DNA from: Candidatus Cloacimonadales bacterium
Lineage (GTDB): Bacteria; Cloacimonadota; Cloacimonadia; Cloacimonadales; JAFGVF01
Reading direction: 5' to 3'
Assembly: GCA_963667035.1 (NCBI GenBank)
Contig: OY762964.1
Location: 2,656,001 to 2,720,000, forward strand
Length of the DNA stretch: 64,000 nt
Part shown: piece by piece, positions 20,072-30,100 of the stretch
Layout of the letters: every line of letters begins with the position of its first letter
Numbering within the stretch: position 1 is the stretch's first letter
Made by a program: the position numbers and the translations under genes
Notes under the pieces: model-generated
Database searches by the model: none
Seen by the model: only the letters and a program-made list of their open reading frames with translations
Told to the model about the DNA's origin: nothing

Positions 20072-21124
20072 ATGAAGATATTAGTTACAGGAACAGCCGG
20101 ATTTATTGGATATCATTTAGTAAATAGACTTGTTAAGATAGATGGTATTGAAGTTGTCGGATTGGATATTATCAACGATTATTATGATTTAAGTGTCAAG
20201 TATGGTAGGTTAAATAATGCAGGTATTGAAATGGAGTTTATTAAACGAAATATACTGATTCAGAGTAATAAATATCCCAATTATAGGTTTATTAAGCTTG
20301 ATTTAATTGATCAGAAAAACCTATATAAACTATTTGCTGATGAGAAATTCGACATAGTTGTTAATCTTGCTGCTCAGGCTGGGGTTCGTTACAGTATTAC
20401 TAATCCTGATGCTTATATAGAAAGCAATATTATTGGTTTCTTCAATATTCTTGAAGCTTCAAGACATAACAAGATAAAACATCTTGTTTATGCTAGCAGT
20501 TCAAGTGTTTATGGATGGAATGAAAGTATGCCGTTCAGTACTTCTGACAATGTAGATCACCCAATAAGTCTTTATGCAGCAAGTAAAAAATCTAATGAGT
20601 TGCTAGCTCATTCTTACTCTGCACTTTACAATATCCCGACTACAGGTCTGCGATTTTTTACTGTTTACGGTCCATGGGGAAGACCTGATATGGCTTTGTT
20701 TATATTTACCGAGAACATCTTAAAGGGTGAGCCCATTAAGGTCTTTAATTATGGCAAAATGAAGCGAGATTTTACTTATATTGATGATATAGTAGAAGGA
20801 ATTAGAAGAGTAATTTTTAATCCTTCAGAACCAAACAAAGATTGGTCGGGAGTGGACCCTGATCCGGGTAGTTCAAAAGCTCCATATAAGATTTATAATA
20901 TTGGAAATAATTCACCTGTGCTACTTATGGAGTTTATAAATGCAATTGAAGAAACTCTTGGAATTGAGGCAAAAAAAGATTTATTACCTCTTCAACCTGG
21001 AGATGTCCCTGCAAGTCATGCGGATGTTACTGATTTGATTGAGAATTTAGGTTATAAGCCTGCAACCCCTATTAAAGAGGGTATTGAAAAGTTTATATCA
21101 TGGTATAAAGAATTTTATCAATAA
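20072..21124 (+). CDS. NAD-dependent UDP-glucuronate 4-epimerase (CapI-like)
   Basis: Motifs VTGTAGFIG, NLAAQAGVRYS, YAASKK, RFFTVYGPWGRPDMA and RDFTYIDD. Confidence 0.92.
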   Translation: MKILVTGTAGFIGYHLVNRLVKIDGIEVVGLDIINDYYDLSVKYGRLNNAGIEMEFIKRNILIQSNKYPNYRFIKLDLIDQKNLYKLFADEKFDIVVNLAAQAGVRYSITNPDAYIESNIIGFFNILEASRHNKIKHLVYASSSSVYGWNESMPFSTSDNVDHPISLYAASKKSNELLAHSYSALYNIPTTGLRFFTVYGPWGRPDMALFIFTENILKGEPIKVFNYGKMKRDFTYIDDIVEGIRRVIFNPSEPNKDWSGVDPDPGSSKAPYKIYNIGNNSPVLLMEFINAIEETLGIEAKKDLLPLQPGDVPASHADVTDLIENLGYKPATPIKEGIEKFISWYKEFYQ

Positions 21125-21158
21125 TCTATAAGGGGATATTTATTATTCCCTTAGTTAT

Positions 21159-21199
21159 AAAAAAGCCATTTATCACCGGGGAGTATGGTGATAAATGGC
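21159..21199 (-). terminator. Intrinsic terminator, minus strand
   Basis: Perfect 13-bp stem GCCATTTATCACC / GGTGATAAATGGC with a 9-nt loop, followed by T6 on the minus strand (A6 at 21159-21164). Confidence 0.8.
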
Positions 21200-21251
21200 A
21201 TGTCTATTAGTAAACCCTCTCGCCGACATTATATTACATATCTAATGTCAT
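21159..21251 (-). ncRNA. Candidate sigma54-dependent small RNA (~93 nt)
   Basis: A -24/-12 promoter lies directly upstream, there is a 5' hairpin GACATTA/TAATGTC, and a 3' terminator. No credible ORF. Confidence 0.5.
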
Positions 21252-21260
21252 AATATATAA

Positions 21261-21278
21261 ATGCAGAAAGCGTTCCAA
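21261..21278 (-). promoter_or_regulatory. Putative sigma54 (-24/-12) promoter
   Basis: The minus strand reads TTGGAACGCTTTCTGCAT, which has GG-N10-GC spacing and is close to the consensus YTGGCACG-N4-TTGCW. Confidence 0.55.
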
Positions 21279-21676
21279 TTACAAATGAAAACTTAATTTC
21301 TTTTATGTTAGGCAGTTAGCTGTTTACGTTAAATTTATTCCTTTTATTTATAATGATTTATTTTGGCATGATATCTATTTTAATGGAAAATGCTCCAATT
21401 ATTCTAAAAGGCACTATTACTCAAATATAACTATCGCTAATCAATCACTATATTTAGTTTTCATATACTAATAAAGCAATCGCTCCAAATTATGAATTTG
21501 CTCCATTTTGCCATAAATCTATAAATACTGTAATACCTACATTTTACGCATAATCAGAAAAAAGTTTATTCACAACTTCTTAACTTATTTGTTTACAATA
21601 TGAAGTTTGTTCATTTATTTTGACATACTTAGCTTGTTACAAATAAACAAGTATCATAAAATAAGGAGTTAATTCA

Positions 21677-22978
21677 ATGAAGAAAACATTATTAGTTTTA
21701 CTAACAATCACTGTATGCTTCTCCGTATTTGCTAATGGTTTTAATCTTAATACCGTTGGAGCAAGGGCTTTTGGTTTAGGTGGAGCAATGGTTGGTTTGG
21801 CTGACGATCCAACTGCATTTCATTGGAATCCTGCCGGATTAGCAACTCAGGATAGTTCTATTCAATTACTTGGTCATGACATTATACCTGCTTTAAGCTA
21901 TGAATATAGTTTGGCTGGAATTGATGCGGAATCAGAGACAAAACATTACCCACCACCAGCACTTTTCTGGAACCATAAGGTCAAACCAACAATGGCAATA
22001 GGTTTTGGTATGTGTGTTCCTTCTGCTATTGGTGCAGCATGGGACGGAAAGGATTTAATGGGGTTCAATGGCCCTGCTCATTATCCTGTGCCCGGAACCG
22101 GTATTGTTTTAGACAATATTTTGACTAGTCCTCTTGAGTGGGAAAGCCAAGTAATGGTTGCTCATTTTGGTCCTTCTATTGCATATCGAGCTTCAGAAAA
22201 ACTCTCTTTAGGTGCTACTGCGGAACTTAGTTACGGAAGCATGAAGCTTAACATGGGTGATGACCTTACGAACAACTTTGATGCTACTGATCAGACTCCT
22301 GATGGAATGATGGATACTCAGTATAATGAGGACTCATCCGGACTTGGTTTTGGTGTTAATCTTGGTTTAAAATACGAATTCAATGATGAATTCAGTATTG
22401 GTGCCGTATATCGTTCACCGGTTAGTTTTGCTTTTAAACAGGATGATGCTGAACTGGTTACTCCCAATGGTACATTGAATGCTGAAATGACACGTTATAT
22501 TACATGGCCAATGATGTTAGGATTTGGTACAGCTATTCAAGTTAAACCATATTGGACTCTTACTGCTGATGTTCAATATACTGAATGGTCAATTATGGAT
22601 GAACTAAAGACAGAGCTTGATTTTGATAACGATGCTCTGGACAGAGTTAAAGTTACTCATCTTGACTGGGTAGACGCTACTCAGTATAGAATTGGTAACG
22701 AATTCAAAGTGCATAAGATGTGGGATGTTAGATTAGGTTATTATTATGACCCTTCACCTGCACCAAATGAGACAATCAATATTCTTTTCCCTTCACATAC
22801 TTATCATGCTGTAACAACCGGTTTTGGTTATCATAATGATAAATTTGCCGCTGATTTAGGTTTTGAATATCTGATGGGAGACGAAAGAGAAGCTGTTGGT
22901 GTTTATGGAGCAGAAATGCCCGGTACATACCAGATGAATATAACTTCTCTGGCATTATCTCTTACCTATAAGTACTAA
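21677..22978 (+). CDS. FadL/OmpP1/TodX-family outer-membrane transporter
   Basis: Signal peptide, ANGFNL...GARAFGLGGA...ADDPTAFHWNPAGL, RLGYYYDPSP and a C-terminal aromatic residue (YKY). Confidence 0.9.
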   Translation: MKKTLLVLLTITVCFSVFANGFNLNTVGARAFGLGGAMVGLADDPTAFHWNPAGLATQDSSIQLLGHDIIPALSYEYSLAGIDAESETKHYPPPALFWNHKVKPTMAIGFGMCVPSAIGAAWDGKDLMGFNGPAHYPVPGTGIVLDNILTSPLEWESQVMVAHFGPSIAYRASEKLSLGATAELSYGSMKLNMGDDLTNNFDATDQTPDGMMDTQYNEDSSGLGFGVNLGLKYEFNDEFSIGAVYRSPVSFAFKQDDAELVTPNGTLNAEMTRYITWPMMLGFGTAIQVKPYWTLTADVQYTEWSIMDELKTELDFDNDALDRVKVTHLDWVDATQYRIGNEFKVHKMWDVRLGYYYDPSPAPNETINILFPSHTYHAVTTGFGYHNDKFAADLGFEYLMGDEREAVGVYGAEMPGTYQMNITSLALSLTYKY

Positions 22979-23016
22979 TATTACAGAATAACTATTCGCA
23001 GGATATATGAACTGCA

Positions 23017-23045
23017 AAAGGCTGATGAATCATTCATCAGCCTTT
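23017..23045. terminator. Bidirectional intrinsic terminator
   Basis: Palindrome AAAGGCTGATGAAT-C-ATTCATCAGCCTTT between convergent genes. Confidence 0.8.
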
Positions 23046-23111
23046 CTATATACCCATTAATCTTATAATTGGTTTATAACTCTAAATTATATTCCAGTAT
23101 CTTTGTACTAA

Positions 23112-23195
23112 TATAACACACGGGAATCTCTCGGGACTTTACACGAGAAATTCCCGAACAATTCCTGAGAAAGTCCTGTCTTATTCCCGAGGATT
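23112..23195. repeat. Degenerate 11-bp-period tandem array (copy 1)
   Basis: Units acacgggaatc/tctcgggacttt/acacgagaaat/tcccgaacaat/tcctgagaaag/tcctgtcttat/tcccgaggatt. Confidence 0.7.
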
Positions 23196-23336
23196 GAATA
23201 TGGCCAGAGAAGATGCCGTGATAGTAAAGATAGGATTATTGGTGTTGTTAGGTATAGCTATTGCATACTATTCTATCAATACAGTAGGGCTAAAAAACAA
23301 TATAGGGCTTTATAATGTTATCGTTGAAGTTGATCT

Positions 23337-24488
23337 TTATTCTTTCAACGCCTCAATTTCTTGCATCATAACATCAAAGTAATTGCCAACCCATTCCGGT
23401 TTGACATCTACCTCCTTACTGCTTAAAAAACTGGCAAATGAATCTTCATGTTCCGGAGAAAATCCATGCATTCCCGGTAAAGCATTCCTTCCCATGTCAG
23501 AAGGTGCAATTTGTACACCCGGTTCCATTAATACTATATCATCTCCGTACATATTGTCCGGGAAGTTTATTCCATATTTTATCTTATCATTCTCGTTCAA
23601 TAATCTTGAATATGGAATAGTTTTTATTACATCCTTTATTGATTTTCGGGCATTGTCGTTGAAGTAATAAAAATGAATCATTGTAGAATCATAGACTGCA
23701 ATGTAATCCTTACCGAATTTAAGAGGTAGTGCTTCCACTATCTTTTTCGCATCAACAGTCTGAGTTAGTGTTGTCATACCATGGTCGGAAATAATGAAAA
23801 GATTATATTCATCATAATTCTTTTCCATTTCCTGCTTTAGTGTAAATATTTTCTCAGAATACCAATCTAACTTCTGTCTAACTTCTTTACCATCCTTGGT
23901 AACCTGATGTAACAATCCATCCATGGCAGCAGTATATAGAAAGGCAAAATCAATACTTTTATTAGAAACATCTTTAATCAGACTATTAATGTTTTCCTCT
24001 TCCGATAATCGCCAGTTAGATATATGATACTTTAATCCTGCTTCCTCAAGCTTATCTGCCAAATTTGGCACAGGAGACAAACCATTAGGAATGAACATAT
24101 CTTTCTTCTCTATGTAATCAAAATAGGGTAATCTGGCAAAAGGCATGGCGTACATCTCAAAATAGCCTGTGAAACCATAAAGTTTAGCAATAATCTTTGA
24201 GAATAGATGTCTGAATCTCCATCGATCAAAGATAACTCCGGGTAGAAACTTTAGAAGTTTAAAAAGCTTAAACGGTGATTCTTGAGGATTGTAGTAGTAA
24301 AAACTGAGATGCTTATGTACTTCCGGTTTTTGTCCTGTAAGTATGGTTGGAATTGCAGTGCAAGAGTAACCGAATTGCATCTTAACTTTGTTTCTATATG
24401 GTAGTAATTCTTCCAGAAAATGGTGCTTTTGCACGATTTCCCACCCTAAGGCATCTATAAACATAAATACAGATAGTTTTCTCATCAT
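23337..24488 (-). CDS. Alkaline-phosphatase-superfamily / nucleotide pyrophosphatase-phosphodiesterase
   Basis: Motifs FIDALGW, GYSCTAIPTILTG, DGLLH, ISDHGM and GMHG. Confidence 0.8.
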   Translation of the reverse strand: MMRKLSVFMFIDALGWEIVQKHHFLEELLPYRNKVKMQFGYSCTAIPTILTGQKPEVHKHLSFYYYNPQESPFKLFKLLKFLPGVIFDRWRFRHLFSKIIAKLYGFTGYFEMYAMPFARLPYFDYIEKKDMFIPNGLSPVPNLADKLEEAGLKYHISNWRLSEEENINSLIKDVSNKSIDFAFLYTAAMDGLLHQVTKDGKEVRQKLDWYSEKIFTLKQEMEKNYDEYNLFIISDHGMTTLTQTVDAKKIVEALPLKFGKDYIAVYDSTMIHFYYFNDNARKSIKDVIKTIPYSRLLNENDKIKYGINFPDNMYGDDIVLMEPGVQIAPSDMGRNALPGMHGFSPEHEDSFASFLSSKEVDVKPEWVGNYFDVMMQEIEALKE

Positions 24489-26335
24489 AAACCTTTCCTA
24501 TTTCTCTCACTAAGAAGAACTAAGTCCTTCAGTTCTTGGTTTCCACGAGCAGCTAGCCATCTCTTCTCAAAATCCTTATGATGAACCACTTGGGCAATAG
24601 ATGCTAGAGCTCTCAGATGTTGATTTCTTCTGTCAAGAGTTCCGGCGAGAACAAAGATAGCTTTAACTTCTTGGTAAAGGTCCGTATAATTAGTTCCTTT
24701 TCTCGTTCTGATTAACATGATCTGGAATCTGTCCTCTCCTTCCAGAATCAGGTGAGGCACTGCTAGGAAAGGAGTCAAAGCTGTCGAACTCTGTGCTTCT
24801 CTTTCCTTTAATGATTTTAAAACATCAGCTTCTTCCAGATTTAGATGATTACTCATCTTAATAGATATTCTATGGAATAATTCTTCTACGCCAATTTTTT
24901 CATCGATATCCAAGACAAGAGAGTTCTCAATTAAATAATCAAAACTGTCTTTATCAATCTCATCACGTTGATACAAAATCTCTTTTAATTCAGATTCAAG
25001 ATTGTAGCTAGTAAGCTTTTTATTCATCATTCTTTCAGCAAGGTGAAGAAGTGCATATTCTTGTTTTGAACGCTTTCTACCATAAGCCATATAGATGATA
25101 AATCCAATCACAATGAGACCAAGACTAATTAGAATTGCTTTTAATCCCATATCACTTATCAAAAAAATGAAAGCAATAATTCCTACAAACTGTACCCACG
25201 GATATAAGGGAGACTTGAAACTGGGTCTGTAATTCTGCATTCTGCTTTCTCTTAAAATCATAACAGATATATGTGAAAGGATGTAGTTCATAATTATTAC
25301 AGTCGAGGCAGCTTTAACAAGTATCTCTAAGTCGACCAGAAGTGCCAAAACAATAAAAGTACCGGTTAGTATGATTGAAACATACGGGGTACTTCTCTTA
25401 TCGGTTTTAGCTAAAAGAGTAGGAACCAATTCATCTCTACCTAGAGCAAGAGGATACCTTGATGCTGCCATTATTCCTGCGTTTGCAGTAGTTATAAATG
25501 CCAACATAGAAGCTACAGTAATTGCCCAATAACCGAAGTTTCCTAAAATCATTTTAGATGATTGAGCAATAGGTGTTTCTATGTTACCCGGAAGGATTAG
25601 TTTGTCTCCCATAACCCCTACTGTCACAAGTAACATAAAAGAGTATAGTATAATAGCAACAATAAGTGAGCTAATCAAAGCAAAAGGAATGTTTTTCTTA
25701 GGATCTTTGATCTCTTCACTCATACTGGCAATTTTAAGTAATCCGCCATAAGATACGAACACAAAACCGGCTGTTGTGAAAATGGTATTATAATTCTTGC
25801 CATCAGGAATAAATGGAACGAAGTTCTCTACATTAATCTTACCTAAACCTGCCAAAATATAAGTTAGCATCAGTAAAAAAAGGAATATGACAAGGATAGC
25901 TTGGAATTTACCGGCTTCTTTTACCCCCACCAGATTCAAGCCAACAAAACCAGCCGTAAACAGTATTCCAAAGAGCTGAGTATTTATTCCAGGTAACATC
26001 ATCTTTAGTACAAATACAATACCGATAATACCGAATGCACTTTTAAGGGAAAGGGCAAACCAACTTAACAATCCTGATACCGTACCAACTGATGATCCCA
26101 AACTACGAGTTATAAAAAAGTAATCTCCTCCTGCTTTTGGCATTGCTGTTGCTAATTCTGCTATGCTAAAGACACCGGTCATTGCAAGTAAACCGGCAAG
26201 AAAATAAGAGATAAAAATTGATGGCCCGGCTAGTTGATATGCGATACCGGGAAGAATGAATATTCCTGAACTAATCATTGCTCCGGAAGCAATACTAAAG
26301 ACTTCGAAGAAGCCCAATTCCTTTTTTAATTCCAT
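24485..26335 (-). CDS. APC-family amino-acid permease fused to a C-terminal PTS EIIA (Fru/Ntr-type) domain
   Basis: Motifs GAMISSGIF, ELATAMPKAGG and SEEIKDP. The C-terminal domain has REAQSSTA...AVPHL and HLRALA. Confidence 0.88.
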   Translation of the reverse strand: MELKKELGFFEVFSIASGAMISSGIFILPGIAYQLAGPSIFISYFLAGLLAMTGVFSIAELATAMPKAGGDYFFITRSLGSSVGTVSGLLSWFALSLKSAFGIIGIVFVLKMMLPGINTQLFGILFTAGFVGLNLVGVKEAGKFQAILVIFLFLLMLTYILAGLGKINVENFVPFIPDGKNYNTIFTTAGFVFVSYGGLLKIASMSEEIKDPKKNIPFALISSLIVAIILYSFMLLVTVGVMGDKLILPGNIETPIAQSSKMILGNFGYWAITVASMLAFITTANAGIMAASRYPLALGRDELVPTLLAKTDKRSTPYVSIILTGTFIVLALLVDLEILVKAASTVIIMNYILSHISVMILRESRMQNYRPSFKSPLYPWVQFVGIIAFIFLISDMGLKAILISLGLIVIGFIIYMAYGRKRSKQEYALLHLAERMMNKKLTSYNLESELKEILYQRDEIDKDSFDYLIENSLVLDIDEKIGVEELFHRISIKMSNHLNLEEADVLKSLKEREAQSSTALTPFLAVPHLILEGEDRFQIMLIRTRKGTNYTDLYQEVKAIFVLAGTLDRRNQHLRALASIAQVVHHKDFEKRWLAARGNQELKDLVLLSERNRKGL

Positions 26336-26778
26336 CTGCTCTCCAGTTCTGTTTTTAAATAACCTTCAATTTCAACGGTTCGCTCTTCACCATCATAACT
26401 GAATGATAGCTTTATTGCCGGTAAGGGTAATACTTCTTCTGCAAGAAGAGGCCACTCTATTACAGTAATATTACCCTCGATAAAGTCAGTAATACCCAAA
26501 GCAAATACTTCATCAATGTCACCCAACCTGTAAAAATCAAGATGGTTGACGATGAATCCTTCTCCGCTATACTGATTTAAAAGTACATAAGAAGGACTAC
26601 TAACATTTTCAGAAATACCTAAAAAACTACAAAGGTGTCTTGTATAAAATGTTTTTCCTGCTCCCAGCTCACCGTAAAGGAAAACAAGTTCTCCCTTTTT
26701 TAAAATATCTGCAGAAAGCTTTGCCAACTTAATAGTATCAGATTCAGTTTTTAACTTTAACTTCATTTTCACTCTCAT
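26326..26778 (-). CDS. tsaE: tRNA threonylcarbamoyladenosine biosynthesis ATPase TsaE
   Basis: Motifs GELGAGKT, VSSPSY, HLDFYRL and VIEW. Confidence 0.93.
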   Translation of the reverse strand: MRVKMKLKLKTESDTIKLAKLSADILKKGELVFLYGELGAGKTFYTRHLCSFLGISENVSSPSYVLLNQYSGEGFIVNHLDFYRLGDIDEVFALGITDFIEGNITVIEWPLLAEEVLPLPAIKLSFSYDGEERTVEIEGYLKTELESRWN

Positions 26779-27117
26779 AAATAATTTAGTTCAAAATTCT
26801 ATCTTTGAAAATTGAAAGGCAAGATAAATGTTCTATTTAGCTATAGAAATGTTACATTGTTACTAAAACCGTGTTGTAAAAAAGATAATGTATATTAAAT
26901 AAAATGGTTACTGTAAGATATACTAAGAAATCACTTGGTTATTGTAAATTTTACATCTCTAAAACTTATGATAAGGCTTTATAAGAGTGAATAATTCAGA
27001 TGAGAACAATCATTAGGGGCATTTTTTCTTACTTGACAAACAATTGTCTCAAGGAGTTTTATAGCATATAATACCTGAATTGTAAACTAATGATTTGAAT
27101 TAAATAGAGGAGATAAT

Positions 27118-30100
27118 ATGAAAAAGATTCTTTCAATTGCCCTATTACTAGCAATTTTAGTTAGTTTAGCGGCATATGTTCCTTTTGAGAAGGGACGTTA
27201 TTATGACAACATAATCCATGCTTGCTTTAAGATGGAATCTGTAGGTAATATGGCTGGTGTTATTGAATATAACCTTTCCGGTAACAGTACGGTAGTAACT
27301 GGAATGGAAAGTTTCGATAAGATCGCAGAAACTTATAAGTTTATAGATATGAAACAGCTCTACACACCTAAAGATAAGAAATGGAATAAAGATGGTCATT
27401 ATTTACAATGCATCTATGAAATCAGAATTTCTGATAATGATTTAATCCAGGAAGCTGTAGAAGCATTAAATAAAAACGAACATATACATTATGCTCAGTA
27501 CGATGTGATTATGAGAGAACGTTATGTACCTAATGATCCGAGTTATTACCTCCAATATTATATTCCAATTACTCATACAGATGAAGCTTGGGAGTTTGGA
27601 CAGGGGTCTGAAGATATAGTAATTGGAATCTCAGATTCAGGTGTTTATTGGAATCATCCTGATTTGAGAGATAATATCTGGATTAATGAAGCTGAAATGA
27701 CTGAAAATGTTGTGATAGATTGGGATAATGGTGAGATTTATGGTGGTGACGGACTCGATAATGACCAGAATGGTAAAATTGACGATGTCATCGGTTGGAA
27801 CTTTGCAATGAATAATAACAACCCTCATCAAGACTTTCCCGGTAATGAACACGGAACACATGTTGCAGGTTGTGCCGCTGCTGTTGGTGATAATAATATC
27901 GGTGTTGCCGGTCCTGGTTTCAGAGTAAAAATTGCTTGTGCAAGTGGAAGGTCTAATATTGAAGCCAGTAACGGAGTTCTTCATGGTTATCCGATGTTGC
28001 AGTATTTTGCTGACCTTGGTTGCGATATAGGTAATGCAAGTTGGGGTGGACTGGCACCCGATTATTATTTCAATGAATATAGAGAAGTAATCCAATATTG
28101 TTCTGCACAAGGAATGCTAGTTGTTGCAGCTGCAGGTAATGATAATACTGAGCATAACGCTGATTATCAAGATGCACCAAGTGATATCCCTGAAGTACTC
28201 TGTGTTGCTGCATCAACTAACAATGATACAAAAGCCGGTTTCTCTGATTTTGGTGTACCGATTGATATTACAGCACCCGGAGCAGGTATTTATTCAACTT
28301 ATTATGGAGATGAATTATATAGTTCATTAAACGGTACATCAATGGCTTCTCCAATTGTTGCAGGTATTGCTGCTCTTGTTAAATCTGTTCATCCTAATCT
28401 TACTCCGGAACAATTAAGAGCAAGACTTGAAACTACTGCTGATGATATATACCCTATGAATGAATCTTTTGCAGATGTTGCTAGTGGAGAATTTCTTCTT
28501 GGTACAGGACGTGTAAATGCTCTTGCGGCTGCATATTATGATGTTTTACCTAATATTAATATAGAACAAGTTCAGATAGATGAAATTACGGGTGACGGTG
28601 ATGGTATACCAAATCCCGGAGAAACTATTGAAGTTACTGTTCAACTTAACAATCTTATGTATATGGGGACAATGACACCAACTTTCTATACCTGGGCAAC
28701 TGCATATAATGTGCAAGCTACATTATCAAGTCCTGTTGCAGGTGTTTCTATTTCAAATGAAACAAGTGATTACGGTATAATTTCAGGTGGTTCTTCAATC
28801 TCTAATTTTAATGACAAATATGTCGTTACTACTACTTCAGATTTAACTCCGGATAATATTCCTATGGAATTGACTATAACAGCTAATCTGGATTCAGAAT
28901 GGCCTTATACAATCACAAGAACATTTAATTTGGACCTTTCACTTCTTCATACCAACTACCCTGTAAACATAGGTGGTGGTACTGTTTCATCTCCAACAAT
29001 TCTTGATTTAAACAATGATGGAACTAATGAAGTTGTATTTACACGCCCCGATGGTTCACTTGATGCTTTGTATGCTGATGGTACACATTACATGCCCGGA
29101 ACTTTCCCACTTAGTTTAGGTGGTACAATAACCGGTTCCCCTGCTTTTGCTGACTTAGATGGCAATGAAACAATCGAAACCGTTGTTTGTATGCAAAGCG
29201 GACAAATCAGATGTATTGCTAGTGATGGTACAGATTTCTTTGCTCCTTATGATAACATAGGAGCTACTCGTTCTAATCCTATAATAGCTGATTTAGATGA
29301 TAATGGTACAAAAGAGATTATCGCAGTATCACAAGCTCGTGAATTAGTAATTCTAAATAGTGACGGAACAACCTATTCTGATACATATCCTCTTAATATC
29401 GGAGAATCAGCATTATCACCAAGTGCAATTGGCGATGTTAATAACGATGGAGTATTAGATATTGTGATAGCAACAACCTCATCTAATCTTCATGTTTATA
29501 ATCCATCAACTGGTACTGAGTTATCAGGATTCCCTGTAAACTACAACTCTTATTCATTAACAGGTCCAACACTTGCTCAGCTCGATAGTGACATGAACAT
29601 GGAAATTCTGGTTGCTTCAACAGCTACCGGTGAGTTTCATGCTTTTGATGACGATGGCTCAGTGATTTTTACAAGAACACTTGATTCACAAATAAAAACT
29701 TCACCTGTTGTAGGAAGAGTTAACGGTAATGTAGGTAATGCACAGATTGTTGTTATTACTACTAGTGGAACAGTTTATGTAATGGATGAAAATGGTAATG
29801 ATATTCCAAACTTCCCAATTTCAGTTAATGCTGAAGTTGAGTCATCTCCAATTCTTGCTGGATTGAATGAAGCCGGTGATGCAACTATTATCTTTGGAGA
29901 TAATGACGGATATATTCACGGTATTAAATGGAATGGTCAGGAAAATATAAACTTCCCAATGCATTTTGAAAGCTCAATCAAAGCAAGTCCTTCAATTGGT
30001 GATCTTGATAGTGATGGACATATGGATGTAGTATTTGGCGATCAATACTCAATTTATGACCTTGATCTTAAGTATGCTTTAGGTAATGATAATAGTGCTT

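Noticed and set aside
21152..21202. 16-codon minus-strand ORF (MPFITILPGDKWLFYN) inside the sRNA candidate
   Set aside because: It runs through the terminator stem and past the U-tract, and the SD spacing is poor.
21361..21380. Plus-strand TTGGCATG as a second sigma54 promoter
   Set aside because: There is no GC at the -12 position (GG-N10-AT).
23194..23382. 62-aa plus-strand hydrophobic ORF
   Set aside because: It has a TTG start at the end of array 1, lies downstream of a terminator, and overlaps the convergent phosphodiesterase. A small membrane peptide cannot be fully excluded.
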